Shown: positions 38,202-49,295 of the stretch, in pieces
How the letters are laid out: each line of letters begins with the position of its first letter
Position numbering within the stretch: position 1 is the stretch's first letter
Assembly (NCBI GenBank): GCA_021613535.1
Contig: CP075492.1
Coordinates: 16,864,001 to 16,928,000, forward strand
Source: Adineta vaga
Lineage: Eukaryota; Animalia; Rotifera
Length of the DNA: 64,000 nucleotides
Direction: 5' to 3'
The notes under the pieces: generated by a model
Told to the model about the DNA's origin: nothing
The model's input: only the letters and a program-made list of their open reading frames with translations
Database searches by the model: none
Made by a program: the position numbers and the translations under genes

Positions 38202-41200
38202 TTGAAGACGATTGTCAACTATGAATTCAATTTATTTAAAACGAGTATAACCGAACTTTATTCCACACAGTCAAAGGATGATACAACTATGTGGAGGTTT
38301 AGCAACAATACACAAATATCATCAGACATTTATGATAGTATATCATTTGAGGAATGGTGGCAACAATTCTTGCAAGAACTTGATAATTTTCAATTAACGA
38401 TAAGTAATTATGAGATGGAGGAAGAAGTTAACAATAAAGAGAAAATGAATGAACAGCTTTTTTGCCGTTTAATGCGAAGAACTTTACACACATTTAGCAC
38501 TGCGCTTTTTGGATACAATCAAGAACCAATGATCAATAAAACTTTACTCGAAAACATCAGAGAAGTTTTTGGCAAACTACGAAAATTGTATGAGACATTT
38601 CATTTTTCAACTTCGTCTGTTTCAAAAGATTTTCTCGAATTAAAATACGAACTGACACTGATAGAGCGTCAGAGAGAATTCGATGAGTCAAAATTCCATC
38701 GACAAAGTTTGGATGACCTGGCTAGAAAGTATTGCGTTCCACTAAATAATTATCTTCAGCGGTGCATCGAGTTGCATTCTCGAATATCTGTGCCCGGTTT
38801 GTGTCTAGATGTTGATGAAATGATAATTCGTATTTTCGGACATAAGAATATTTCGCTTTCAGCGAGCCAACGGTTGGCACTGGCGCAAGCACTATTGAAT
38901 CTGTCTATTCCTTTGTCTATGCCGTCACAGAGAGTGACTAGGGAGGATTCTTATGATAAGCTAGATAACCATAGCCGTTTAAAAACTTTTTTACCTTGGG
39001 CGACGGCCATCGAGAGGGATGGCTTAATGTTCTCTCACGATTTATTGGAAGAAGTACAAAAGGACTGGTGGCTCGTTTTATTGGGAAACACAAGTAGTGG
39101 GAAAACAACATATGTTCGTTGGTTAACTCTACAATTTTCAGAAGCCATTATTGAAGAAAAGAAGAAAGTATTTATCCATGGTGTTGATCTTGGATATCCA
39201 CGTGTTCCGATTCTGATTCGTATCAATGAATTCATTGAATGGCACAAACAAAACCCAAGCATGAGACTTTTTGATTATTTTGGACAACATACTTGGTTTG
39301 GAAATCTTTATTGTTCAAATTCAGAAGAACAGGACATGTTAAAAACCTTTGTGCGCAATGGACATTCATTAATTATATTCGATGAAATAGACGAAGCAAC
39401 AAGTCCTGAATCTCAGGGTGAATTAAATGAATTTTTAAGCAAGTTTATGCATTCATACACGCTCACTGCTGACTATATATCACCGACAGATGATCCATCA
39501 ATGGCTCAATGCGGACTTTGGAGAAGATTTTGGCATAGAAAGAACCGTGCCAATGACAATATTGTGATCTGTACTAGTAGAAAAGCTGGTTATGATATTC
39601 AACCATTAAGAGGATTGCACATCACGCATGTCAATCATGGGACACAATATATTAGCGAAGATAGTTTATGTCTATTTGTTATAACATGGTGTTCCCAAGT
39701 GTGCCAACAAGTAATTAGTGCATTTCAAAATCTTGTACCTGGGCTAAAGCATCAAATCCCAATCACTGAGAACTGGCTCGAACCTGAACGACTATGTGCA
39801 AAGATACAAGCAGTTGAAGTTTCTCGTGAAATGACATCCGACTTATTTTGTCTCTCAGCGATGTGTACTTCGTATGCACGATATGGACTCGAGTATGTGT
39901 GCAACAAACCAATAGTTTTTTATCAAGATATTGTCGAACAAGCTCTTCAAGCATATATGAAGCGTGTCCCACAAGTTCCACAGGGTGCGGTTGTCAGAAT
40001 TTTCTCGGAGTTGGCTTTCTTTATTACTTCACGTTCAAAATCAACCTTAATTGATGAATTCGATCTTAAACGATTATTTTGTTATTTTCTTCAATGTTAT
40101 CATGATGAAAGTAAGAATGCACCATATTGGACTAGACGAGACGTTCAAATCTTGACAGATCAGCTAGTTCAAGCATTAAATCGAGATGATGTTGGAATGT
40201 TTTGTTCACGGTCTTTGAATGTATATGGATTTCGTTACCCACTTTCTCAAGAATATTTTGTTGCCTTAACTCTTTTAGAAAATGGATTCAACAAATACGT
40301 AAATATTGGCCGGTTTTTATTGACTTTGAACTCCCGTGTGGATAAAAGTCGGTTACTCGCGATGGGCAAAATTAGTGCTGAAATGAGTATAGAACTATAT
40401 GATCAATGGTGCTTTCATTTGACTTCTGGAATTACGCACATTAATAAGTACATACCTCATGGGCCGTTATTTTTCGTTCGTGGTTTGAACAATATCATTC
40501 GTCTTCCATCAATATGGATAGTGTATCAAGCATTATATAACTTGCTGAATGTCAGTGGGTTTGATGACAAAACATGTCTATTTCAATACCCTCTAACGAC
40601 GGCTCTTGAGCAGCTACCAATGAAGCTAACACAGAAATGGCTTAAAATAATTTTAACGAAAGGGGGTTCTTCTCAACAAAAAGTTCTACGTTTGTTACAG
40701 AATTACGTTTGCAAAGGAAAAATGTTACCTAGTTGGGTGACGACGACGTTTTGCAATACACTTTCAATACAATTGACAGAACCAAAGAATTGTCTTGATA
40801 AAACTATTCACGAAGCTCTAACAATCATTAGTATATTCAATCCGTCTTTATTAGCAACCCATGTTGGAAGTTTGAAAGGGTTTCTTTTATCATCATTCAA
40901 TATGATCAAGCAGTTGCCTATATCGATTCTAGCAATCATCATTTCTTTGTACGGTGGTCTTGAAAGAGTTGAAAATAACGTGAATACAAATCATCCACCA
41001 TCTAGAGTGTGGACAGAAATGATCTATTTTTCACCGAAACATATATTCAAAGATTCTCCATTGACTTCGCTTTTAATTGAATACTTAATCGATCCAGATC
41101 GTAATGATGAAGTAAAGCTGAATTTTCTTATTGATCAATGTCATGCAATTATCCAATCAGCAGAAAAGACTGATGTATCTTCCAGTGTTATTCACAGTTT

Positions 41201-44200
41201 TGTGATTTTATTTTGCATCATTGGACCGAGTTACCCACATAAATTTCAGCCGTATGTGGACTATACAGCATTTGAATATGCAATTCAACACATGGATCTT
41301 GTTCTTACTTATATAAAAGGCTTCTTTTCTGACATTACGCAGAAAGGTTTTAATGATCACATAAAAATTATTATGCAATTTGTGTCTTCATCGCTGACAA
41401 ATACGACTATGTTACGTTATTCAAGCTTCGTTATTCGTTTATATTCTCAAATGATCGCAATTTGTCCATACAACAGAAATTCATGGGATGCGATATGGGG
41501 TAAATCTTTCTACTCTGAAATATGTCTTTGGCTTTCTGCCAATCAACTACACTTTATCCAATCAGATATTCTTTTGCAAATGGATGAATTAATGATCATT
41601 GAAAATTTATCGACTTTATGCTATGTAATTCCCAAAGGAACATCTATCAAAGAACATGAAATTGAAATACTGGAGAGGAATGATTTAGAGCTCCTTAAGC
41701 ACAAAAAACATCCATTTCAACTTATAGCAGATCGCAACGTAGTTCTCTTGCTATTAGCATATATTCCCAAACCTCTTCGAGCATTTTATATGCGCCTAAT
41801 AGAAAGAGAAGATCTTTCTTATAAGAATCAATCACCTGTACCTTTCATGCATTTGCTCGTCATGTTTTTGGAAACTAGTGAACTGTGGAATAACAAATGT
41901 ATCCGTTACAATATTCTATTAACGCTTCTATTACCACTTTTCGAAAAATATGGATTAAAATGCTTTGTTTTTTCTCCACTTTCATCTATTGAACAGACTA
42001 AGCGAAAAGAAAAAGAAAGTTATTTTAGTCGTCTTCACAATAATGAATTTTTTAGATCATATGCAAATGAAATTTTGTCATTTAACACTTTATCTGACGC
42101 ATTAGATCAAGCAAGAGAACGTGCCATTGCAGCAGAACAGGACCGTCTTATAACTGCTTTATACGAATCGAATACCGATCGCATCGACGAACAAATATAT
42201 TCTGCATCGATATGTCTCGCTCGCCTTGCAATGAGTAATTCGGAAAGCATTGAGAAGATGGACAGAGTGTATCTTATAGATAGTGCATGGAGAGCAGCCG
42301 AAGAAATTACTGATTCACTTTGCAAAATTGATGCTCTCATAACCATTTGCCGTATCTCACATTCACAATGGTCAGAAGACGCTCTAGAAGTTCGACTGAG
42401 TATGTTGACAGGAGTGCTAGAACACCTATTGACACTTACTTCATTTCACTGTTACATTGCAATTTTTATTCGTTATCTGTCTTTTGCAGGCAGTATTGCA
42501 CATATGAATTCAAATATATTCGAAAGTATTTGGCAAAAATTACTGGAATTACCAAGCACTGATCAACAGGCAATATGCCAGGCCTTTATGTATTTTCCTT
42601 CAATTCGAAGGGATGTTGAACGACGTGTTTTACTATTACAGTGGTCCAAAGAAAGTACCGCATTAAGTCGAGTTTTTAATCTATGTTCGCCAACGTTTAC
42701 AACTTATTTTAAAAATGATTTAATATGTAACGGATTCCGAAACATGGGCTCAGCACTTATAGCCTGTATGTATCTCAAAGAGTTGCAACTCGAACTGATA
42801 TTGTTAAAACATTGGTTAATTAAAAGAGAAAATAACGCAAAAGTTATTCACAATGGTAATTCTATTTCTTATCCACACGAAAAATGTAATATTGTTCTTG
42901 AATGGGAACAAATACCACACCAAACCTTAAGCAGTAATGCTGCCTTGGAAATCTCTCATTTTCTCGAATTGAAGCTCACCGAAAACAGTGAACAAATTTT
43001 GTCTGTTCAGCAAAAACTGAAAACATACAATAAAATAGCAGATGATGGTGTTTCATTGTTTTTGATTAATTGGCTAGTTTTTCGACACGATCAAATTCGA
43101 CAACCAGTAGCTGTTGAAGCCATGTTTTTGCTTATTCGATCACATCAATGGACATTAGAAGTATTGGACATGTGTTGTGAATTTCTAACAAGTGAAGATG
43201 ATGAAATTAGAGAGAGAACATTTGCTTGTATTGAAAAAATAGAATGGGGCGCTATTGAAGGAGCAGTTTTAGTCATTACTGAGTGGTTATCCGAGTGGAA
43301 TCGAAATATTTGGAACGCTGCTCCTCCGCTCATGAAATATATGGATTTTGGTCTACTTTTTATTGATGAAATTTCAGACATTGAAATAATTCTTGAAAAA
43401 GAATTTAATGCTTTCAGTGAATCCTTAGAAAACAATACACCCTCACACTATTTTCCGTTTATATGTTTGATTTGTGAACTGTCCATAGACGCTACTAACT
43501 ATCTCGTGGATCTCCTGTGGTCATGGAGTCAATCGATGGACGACAATAAAGAACTGTTTCTAGCATGGCTTCTAAAACACATATCGCCTCAGTTATGTAT
43601 TGATACGAAGGAAATTCTTAATTGTCTCCTTGATATTGTATGTCATGATGGTAACACTGGAATTATTGCATTATTGGCAACTATCAAATGTCTTTATTAT
43701 TGGCAAAATGATGATCAGGTAAGACGCATACTATGGCAGATCATTGATGATAATAATAACATGAGTATCAGCTGTGAAGAAATTGTCGTTGCTTGCTTAC
43801 ATTCTCTGTATTATAAATACAATAAGCCGACAGAAGAAACGGAATTGAGTCGTCTCAGAGATCTGCGAAACAAGACACTATCTTTATGTGTTAATCAAGC
43901 AACTGTGTTGGGTTTACTTTATCAAGTCATAAATCAACCAACAGAATACACTATTGATGAGGTCTATGTTACTTTCTTGACGCATATTTTAGATTATTCC
44001 CCGGTGTACGATTACGATAGTATATATAGAGCATATCAATGGATAATAGATCACAGGGAACATCTAATTCGAATTTTTTTGCAAGACATGTTTGATAGTA
44101 TGATACTTGTTAAAAAATCAATGATTGAAGTTGGCGTATATGTTGTTGTGATGGAAATGATGATTAAATACGATGCAGATGTTATTTGTCATACAGTTCG

Positions 44201-44759
44201 GAACAGTGTATTCGGTGAAGAGCGATTCAAGAATGCTCTTTATAATGTCAGCAAGAGAAGTAACTCTTTCATAGGACTTCAATGTTTGAAAATATATAGT
44301 TGCTTTAATGAAGTCTCAGAGGAATTCGTGTGCATCTTAATGTCGGTGGCAACACAAGAGCCTCAATTGAACGACATATATTATGTAATTAATAGGATAA
44401 CATGCGTGCAGACACGATCAATTGTTATGGATCTTATTAAAACAATGACATCATTATCTTTGACAAAACGTTACTGTGCTGCTAAATTACTCGTCCGTTT
44501 AGGAAAAGTCGATCAAGTTTCTGTTATCGATGTGCACGAAGCTCTAATTACAGGCATCGAAGCATGCCGCTCGCATACTGTAGCTTTGTCAAAAGAGCAT
44601 CGAAAACTTGAGTGTTTTCTCCTTAAACTTCTGCATGAACTTTGTACTGAGACAATGGGAATCATGAATATGATATTTCCCTATAATTTAGATGAAGATT
44701 ATTTGACAAATTTAGAGGATTACGAACCGCAATGGCGACTACCAACATTTATATTGTGA
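38202..44759 (+). CDS. Large NACHT/STAND NTPase with helical (HEAT/ARM-like) C-terminus; first in-frame ATG at about 38289
   Basis: Intronless 2185-codon ORF. Walker A LVLLGNTSSGKTT, RVPILIRI, Walker B LIIFDEIDE, sensor VICTSR and the winged-helix motif YGFRYPLSQEYFVA. Confidence 0.88.
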   Translation: MKTIVNYEFNLFKTSITELYSTQSKDDTTMWRFSNNTQISSDIYDSISFEEWWQQFLQELDNFQLTISNYEMEEEVNNKEKMNEQLFCRLMRRTLHTFSTALFGYNQEPMINKTLLENIREVFGKLRKLYETFHFSTSSVSKDFLELKYELTLIERQREFDESKFHRQSLDDLARKYCVPLNNYLQRCIELHSRISVPGLCLDVDEMIIRIFGHKNISLSASQRLALAQALLNLSIPLSMPSQRVTREDSYDKLDNHSRLKTFLPWATAIERDGLMFSHDLLEEVQKDWWLVLLGNTSSGKTTYVRWLTLQFSEAIIEEKKKVFIHGVDLGYPRVPILIRINEFIEWHKQNPSMRLFDYFGQHTWFGNLYCSNSEEQDMLKTFVRNGHSLIIFDEIDEATSPESQGELNEFLSKFMHSYTLTADYISPTDDPSMAQCGLWRRFWHRKNRANDNIVICTSRKAGYDIQPLRGLHITHVNHGTQYISEDSLCLFVITWCSQVCQQVISAFQNLVPGLKHQIPITENWLEPERLCAKIQAVEVSREMTSDLFCLSAMCTSYARYGLEYVCNKPIVFYQDIVEQALQAYMKRVPQVPQGAVVRIFSELAFFITSRSKSTLIDEFDLKRLFCYFLQCYHDESKNAPYWTRRDVQILTDQLVQALNRDDVGMFCSRSLNVYGFRYPLSQEYFVALTLLENGFNKYVNIGRFLLTLNSRVDKSRLLAMGKISAEMSIELYDQWCFHLTSGITHINKYIPHGPLFFVRGLNNIIRLPSIWIVYQALYNLLNVSGFDDKTCLFQYPLTTALEQLPMKLTQKWLKIILTKGGSSQQKVLRLLQNYVCKGKMLPSWVTTTFCNTLSIQLTEPKNCLDKTIHEALTIISIFNPSLLATHVGSLKGFLLSSFNMIKQLPISILAIIISLYGGLERVENNVNTNHPPSRVWTEMIYFSPKHIFKDSPLTSLLIEYLIDPDRNDEVKLNFLIDQCHAIIQSAEKTDVSSSVIHSFVILFCIIGPSYPHKFQPYVDYTAFEYAIQHMDLVLTYIKGFFSDITQKGFNDHIKIIMQFVSSSLTNTTMLRYSSFVIRLYSQMIAICPYNRNSWDAIWGKSFYSEICLWLSANQLHFIQSDILLQMDELMIIENLSTLCYVIPKGTSIKEHEIEILERNDLELLKHKKHPFQLIADRNVVLLLLAYIPKPLRAFYMRLIEREDLSYKNQSPVPFMHLLVMFLETSELWNNKCIRYNILLTLLLPLFEKYGLKCFVFSPLSSIEQTKRKEKESYFSRLHNNEFFRSYANEILSFNTLSDALDQARERAIAAEQDRLITALYESNTDRIDEQIYSASICLARLAMSNSESIEKMDRVYLIDSAWRAAEEITDSLCKIDALITICRISHSQWSEDALEVRLSMLTGVLEHLLTLTSFHCYIAIFIRYLSFAGSIAHMNSNIFESIWQKLLELPSTDQQAICQAFMYFPSIRRDVERRVLLLQWSKESTALSRVFNLCSPTFTTYFKNDLICNGFRNMGSALIACMYLKELQLELILLKHWLIKRENNAKVIHNGNSISYPHEKCNIVLEWEQIPHQTLSSNAALEISHFLELKLTENSEQILSVQQKLKTYNKIADDGVSLFLINWLVFRHDQIRQPVAVEAMFLLIRSHQWTLEVLDMCCEFLTSEDDEIRERTFACIEKIEWGAIEGAVLVITEWLSEWNRNIWNAAPPLMKYMDFGLLFIDEISDIEIILEKEFNAFSESLENNTPSHYFPFICLICELSIDATNYLVDLLWSWSQSMDDNKELFLAWLLKHISPQLCIDTKEILNCLLDIVCHDGNTGIIALLATIKCLYYWQNDDQVRRILWQIIDDNNNMSISCEEIVVACLHSLYYKYNKPTEETELSRLRDLRNKTLSLCVNQATVLGLLYQVINQPTEYTIDEVYVTFLTHILDYSPVYDYDSIYRAYQWIIDHREHLIRIFLQDMFDSMILVKKSMIEVGVYVVVMEMMIKYDADVICHTVRNSVFGEERFKNALYNVSKRSNSFIGLQCLKIYSCFNEVSEEFVCILMSVATQEPQLNDIYYVINRITCVQTRSIVMDLIKTMTSLSLTKRYCAAKLLVRLGKVDQVSVIDVHEALITGIEACRSHTVALSKEHRKLECFLLKLLHELCTETMGIMNMIFPYNLDEDYLTNLEDYEPQWRLPTFIL

Positions 44760-44865
44760 ACGACATACATTTCTGAGGGGGGTGGGTGTATCATTAGCTA
44801 TCATAACTAGTTTCACCTCGACTAAGATAACATTCTATTCGAATTCTGTGTTTTTATATGAATCT

Positions 44866-44933
44866 TGAGATGTGGGTGTGGATGTGGTTGTGGCCTGTGA
44901 GTAAGAAACAAGAAAATACTCACACCCACACCC
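44866..44933. repeat. Inverted telomere-like element
   Basis: tgtgggtgtggatgtggttgtggcctgtgagta - agaaacaagaaaa - tactcacacccacaccc. Confidence 0.9.
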
Positions 44934-44934
44934 T

Positions 44935-45113
44935 AATTTTGGTTTATTATTATAAATAATAAATCCAATGTTTTTCGATAATTTTATCATATCTTTTGCA
45001 TCGTTGATTGTATCTGGTAATTTCCTTCCCATAACATGATCATCAATATCAATAGTCAATGCAACGTTACGTCGTGATTTCGATGAAGAAATAATCTCTT
45101 GACAAGTTGGCAT
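44935..45113 (-). pseudogene. N-terminal fragment of a caspase-like (C14) gene
   Basis: MPTCQEIISSSKSRRNVALTIDIDDH..RKLPDTINDAKDMIKLSKNIGFII aligns by eye with the start of the 22376 gene (RKLALII.N..Y..L....NAK.L..L..IGF). It is cut off by the repeat element at 44933. Confidence 0.65.
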
Positions 45114-45146
45114 TGTATAAGAGACAAATTTTGTATCTAAAAAAAA

Positions 45147-45187
45147 GGGTGGGTGTGTGTATGTTTTCTTCACCCTAATCCACACCC
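45147..45187. repeat. Inverted telomere-like element
   Basis: gggtgggtgtgtg - spacer - caccctaatccacaccc. Confidence 0.75.
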
Positions 45188-45717
45188 AGTTGCATCTCCG
45201 ATCTGCGGAATACGTGCCAGCATTCATTTGCTAATGATATGTTTAGAAGAAGAATTGTCATATTAAGAATTGAGTAAAACGACAAATAATCTTGTTCAAG
45301 TTTTTTGATTTCTTAATTCATATTCATTTGTTGTTGAAAAAATTGATGGAAATAAATTGAAATGAATAATATCTTGTTTAGGTTGTTTTTGATAAGAGGA
45401 AAAGCGTGTCTATCGAAATTGGCCAATAGAATAAAAAAATGAATACAAATCAAAATAATAAATTCATCGCTAATATATAGCTGTATTGTATCATAAGGTG
45501 TTGTAGTATTGTGTAAACGATTTTTTTATTCGACAATTTGTCCTGTGATGAAAAGACTTATCACTGAGATCAACAAAAAAAAACGAAAGAAAAAGACAGA
45601 GAGAAAAATGTAAGAAAGAAGAAAGTTGTGATGTCATGGATAAAATGATTATAGAAAAGATTGAATCAACATGTAGGAAATCAATAACGATGAAAAAGTC
45701 AGATCAATTGGTCGGTA

Positions 45718-48700
45718 TTATATTTTGGTGAATTTTGAAACTCGAGCGCCACTATTGTCAGAAACATATAAATTAAGTTTAGAGTCTAATTTAACATCAT
45801 ATGGTGCAGTTAGAGAACTACCACCACTACCACTACCACTACCTGCAATAGTTATACCTGTCGAATTACCGCTGCAAAATAGTTGAACTCGACCATTCGA
45901 GCGATCAGCCACATATAAATTTTTCCATTGATCCAGTACGACTGACATGGGTGACTTTAATTGATTTGTCGTATTTCCATAAGTTCCAGAAACACCCGCT
46001 AGAACTGTACCAGTTGAATCACCAACTTTCCATCTCATCACTGAAGAAGTTGAGGTAGCAGAGTTCACAATATATAAATCTTGATTTGCTTCATCGTAGT
46101 AGAGACCAGAAGGACTTGCTAATTTATCCGTAGAATTACCTGATGATGAAAATGAAAAGAAAAAAGTTGTTATCTTAAATCTAACAGAAAATATGACAAG
46201 AAAAACGATTTAAAATGACTGCTTTGAATCCTCTTCAAGTTAAAAATACTCATTGATGTATGAGATAAACAATATTCGAAAATGATGGTTTCTTGAGATG
46301 GTCTTAAAACATGTTCTTTAAACTCTATATTATGAAAAAATAAGCAAGATCTTGAATATGTGTTCAATGAAATATTGTCAAAAGAATATTTTTCTACGTT
46401 TTACTTTGAAGATGTCATTTGGGTCAAGGGAAAGTCATTGAAATCATCGATTGTATGATTTGAAATATTTTAGTTCAAATGTATCTCACTTCTTGTTATT
46501 ACTCTATCCTATTTTAACAAAATAATATCCACATTTGTCATTTTTACGAACAGTTTGTCTCATTAAACATCAAAACTGATTTTTCACTGCCCTTCTTACC
46601 TGCTGTGGCAGTAATACCAGCAACAATTATTCCAGCAGTTGCACCTGGAGCCCATTTTGTTACACGATGCAGTTGATATTCTGCAACAAAGACATTTGAA
46701 CTTGAATCCACCCATATACCATATGGATAATATATTTGATTTAGTGAAGAACCGAATGTTCCATTACCAGCCACGATAGCCCCACTAGAAGCACCATTTG
46801 CCCAACGCATAACACGATTATTGTAAGTATCAGCCACATAAAGATTTTGACTCGAGTCAACATATAAATAACGTATACTGGTAGAAAATCGATCCGAAAA
46901 CGAGGAATCCCCGGTTACATTTATAATACCTGCTACAACCGTACCACTAGGAGCATTAGTGGTAACACTAAGTGAATGTCTTATAACACGATAGTTGCCA
47001 CTATCGGCTATATATAAATTATTATTTGTTGTGTCTATAAATAAGCCGGTTGGTGAAGATAATTGATTCAAACCAATATTTGATGAACCAGTGCCTAAGA
47101 GCATCAATATATATATAAATATATAGAAATTAATTTCATTGATTATAAACTAATAAGAAAATGTTATGCTCACCCCAATATTGAGAACGAGTTATATTCC
47201 AATACACTCTGTTGGAACCTGAAAATGAAAGAAAAAAAATTAAAATTTTTCAACATTGAAGTAAAAATAGTTTACGTGTACGTACAAGGATCAGTCAAGG
47301 AAGATGTTATAGCTAAACGAAAAAGAAACGAATAAATTAAGCTTATAAGTATTCTTTAAAAAGTGAAAATTTCAGACAAATTCTTGTCAAGCAGTACTGT
47401 CAAAGATGGAGATCTGGATGATGGACCAAACATGGGTTCTTTAAAGCTAAAACTATTGGTTGGACATAACTAAAATATCTATACCATGAACATCCATATA
47501 CTATGAACTTTGATTCGTGAATCGATTTTCGAATTTAGATAAAAGTTTCTTTTGACTATCATATAGTTTTGCGTTTGAATATTATAAGTTACTGAGTCAT
47601 ATATATCATGTTTCTTCCTTATTTTTCACCTATATCTATATCAATACAAGCAAGTGCAGTATACTTAAGAAAAGCAATTATTAGAAAAAGATATGACTAG
47701 GATTAAAAATAGAAATGTATATACGAAGAATCTTGATTAGATGAGCCACTCATAGCCTGCCTGGCATTCATTACGATTCAGATAGACTGAAATGAATAAC
47801 TTTTAGAAGATAAAACTGTACATCAGATCAGTTAAGAGCACAATAGCGTATGGATTGACTTTTCTTCATCCAGCTCAGTCTTCATGATTTCGAGATTTCA
47901 ACTGATTAGTACTAATTTGCTTATAATGTATATTGAAATCTAAATCAAGGGAAGTGAGCTTGCTTTTTATCTCGTCAAAAAAATGCACTTAAAATTTTTT
48001 TTATTCTTACTGATGAAGGATGTGACCTATTTACGCTTATTAATTAAATATTTCTCAAACTTTTTACTTGATGATGTTGTCTCAGTTGTTGATGTTGTGG
48101 ATGCTGTTGAAGTTGTCTCAGTTGTTGTTGATGAGGTTGAGCTTGTTGTTGTTGAGGTCGAGCTTGATGAGGTTGAGCTTGATGTTGTTGATATAGTGGT
48201 TGCTGACGTAGTGGTTGCTTCTGGTTTGTGTGAAAAATAAATAGCAAAATGAGAAAAATATGATTCATCAATGAATAATTACAAATTGTTATCGTTTATT
48301 TGAACACTATGAATATCACTCACTTTTAATGAATAACGGTAACTTATCGCGTTTACCTCGACGTCTTCTACTCTTCCTCTTCTACAAGAATGTCGGTGTG
48401 GATTAAGATAACGACAACACCTACTCACACCCATACTACACTTCCAACATAGAGTGTGGAAGTCATTTTCCTTTGGATCAAAATAATTGTTTCGCCTACT
48501 ATTAGTTTTCAGTTTACTCACGAAAAATGCATTATTCTAGTCTACTGAGTGCAATGAAATCTAATTTTCTCCTAAAACCAGAATAATTAATCCGTGAAAA
48601 TATAATTCTAGTGAAAAACTAAACAGCGAAAACGATTTGGAGATAAGTGGCATAGATTTCACCATGGCTAAAATAGAGATCAAATTGCAATCGTTTATTT

Positions 48701-49295
48701 CCCATTTGTCAATAGACCTAGTGTGATGACCTGGAGATGTTTGAAGTTAATGGCCACAAACTCCTAAACCCTTTGTAAACCTTCCGTCCGATAGCTTTCT
48801 AGATTGTACTTAGATCTAATTCTAAGTAAGCTCTATCGAAGGTTTGACATGTCTGCAAAGACCTTCATGAGACAATCCAAAGTCAACATAAGGTAAGTGC
48901 GAATCAATCGGTATGCGATGCGAAGAACTCTTTATGGTAGGTATATTACAACTATACTAACCTGGCGGCATTCGTGTTCCAGAGATGACTATCATTGTTG
49001 TGGTCTCCATGTTTGCTTGCAAGTTGCTATTCTGATCGACGATGCTGGTAAACAATTGGCATTTCAAAGTTGCCTGTTGACAAGTGATTGCTTTGCATTG
49101 AGCTTGTCCTAAACAATTGGTTTGACATTGTAGGATGTTCCGTACAGTAGTAGTAACGAATGGCAAACAAGTCGAGTTAGCACATTGAAATTCCCATCCG
49201 TTCATGATTGACATTACAAACGACTTTGTATCTTGCATGAGCGACTGTTCGAAAAGACTGAACCAAAGCAGCATTGAAATTCTTATCCAACTCAT
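45718..49295 (-). CDS. Secreted PAN/Apple + Thr/Ser stalk + NHL-repeat protein (6 exons)
   Basis: Exon 1 (49295-~48963) encodes a signal peptide and the Apple Cys pattern (C..TC...CQTNC....QCKAI....C.L). A Thr/Ser-rich exon follows (~48220-48069), then two small exons (~47310, ~47217-47175) and NHL exons (~47095-46580, ~46139-45718). Splice phases are consistent. Confidence 0.82.

Noticed and set aside
47983-48271. Val-rich (+) and Gln-rich (-) ORFs in the track
   Set aside because: They are alternative-frame shadows of the Thr/Ser-rich exon of the Apple-NHL gene.
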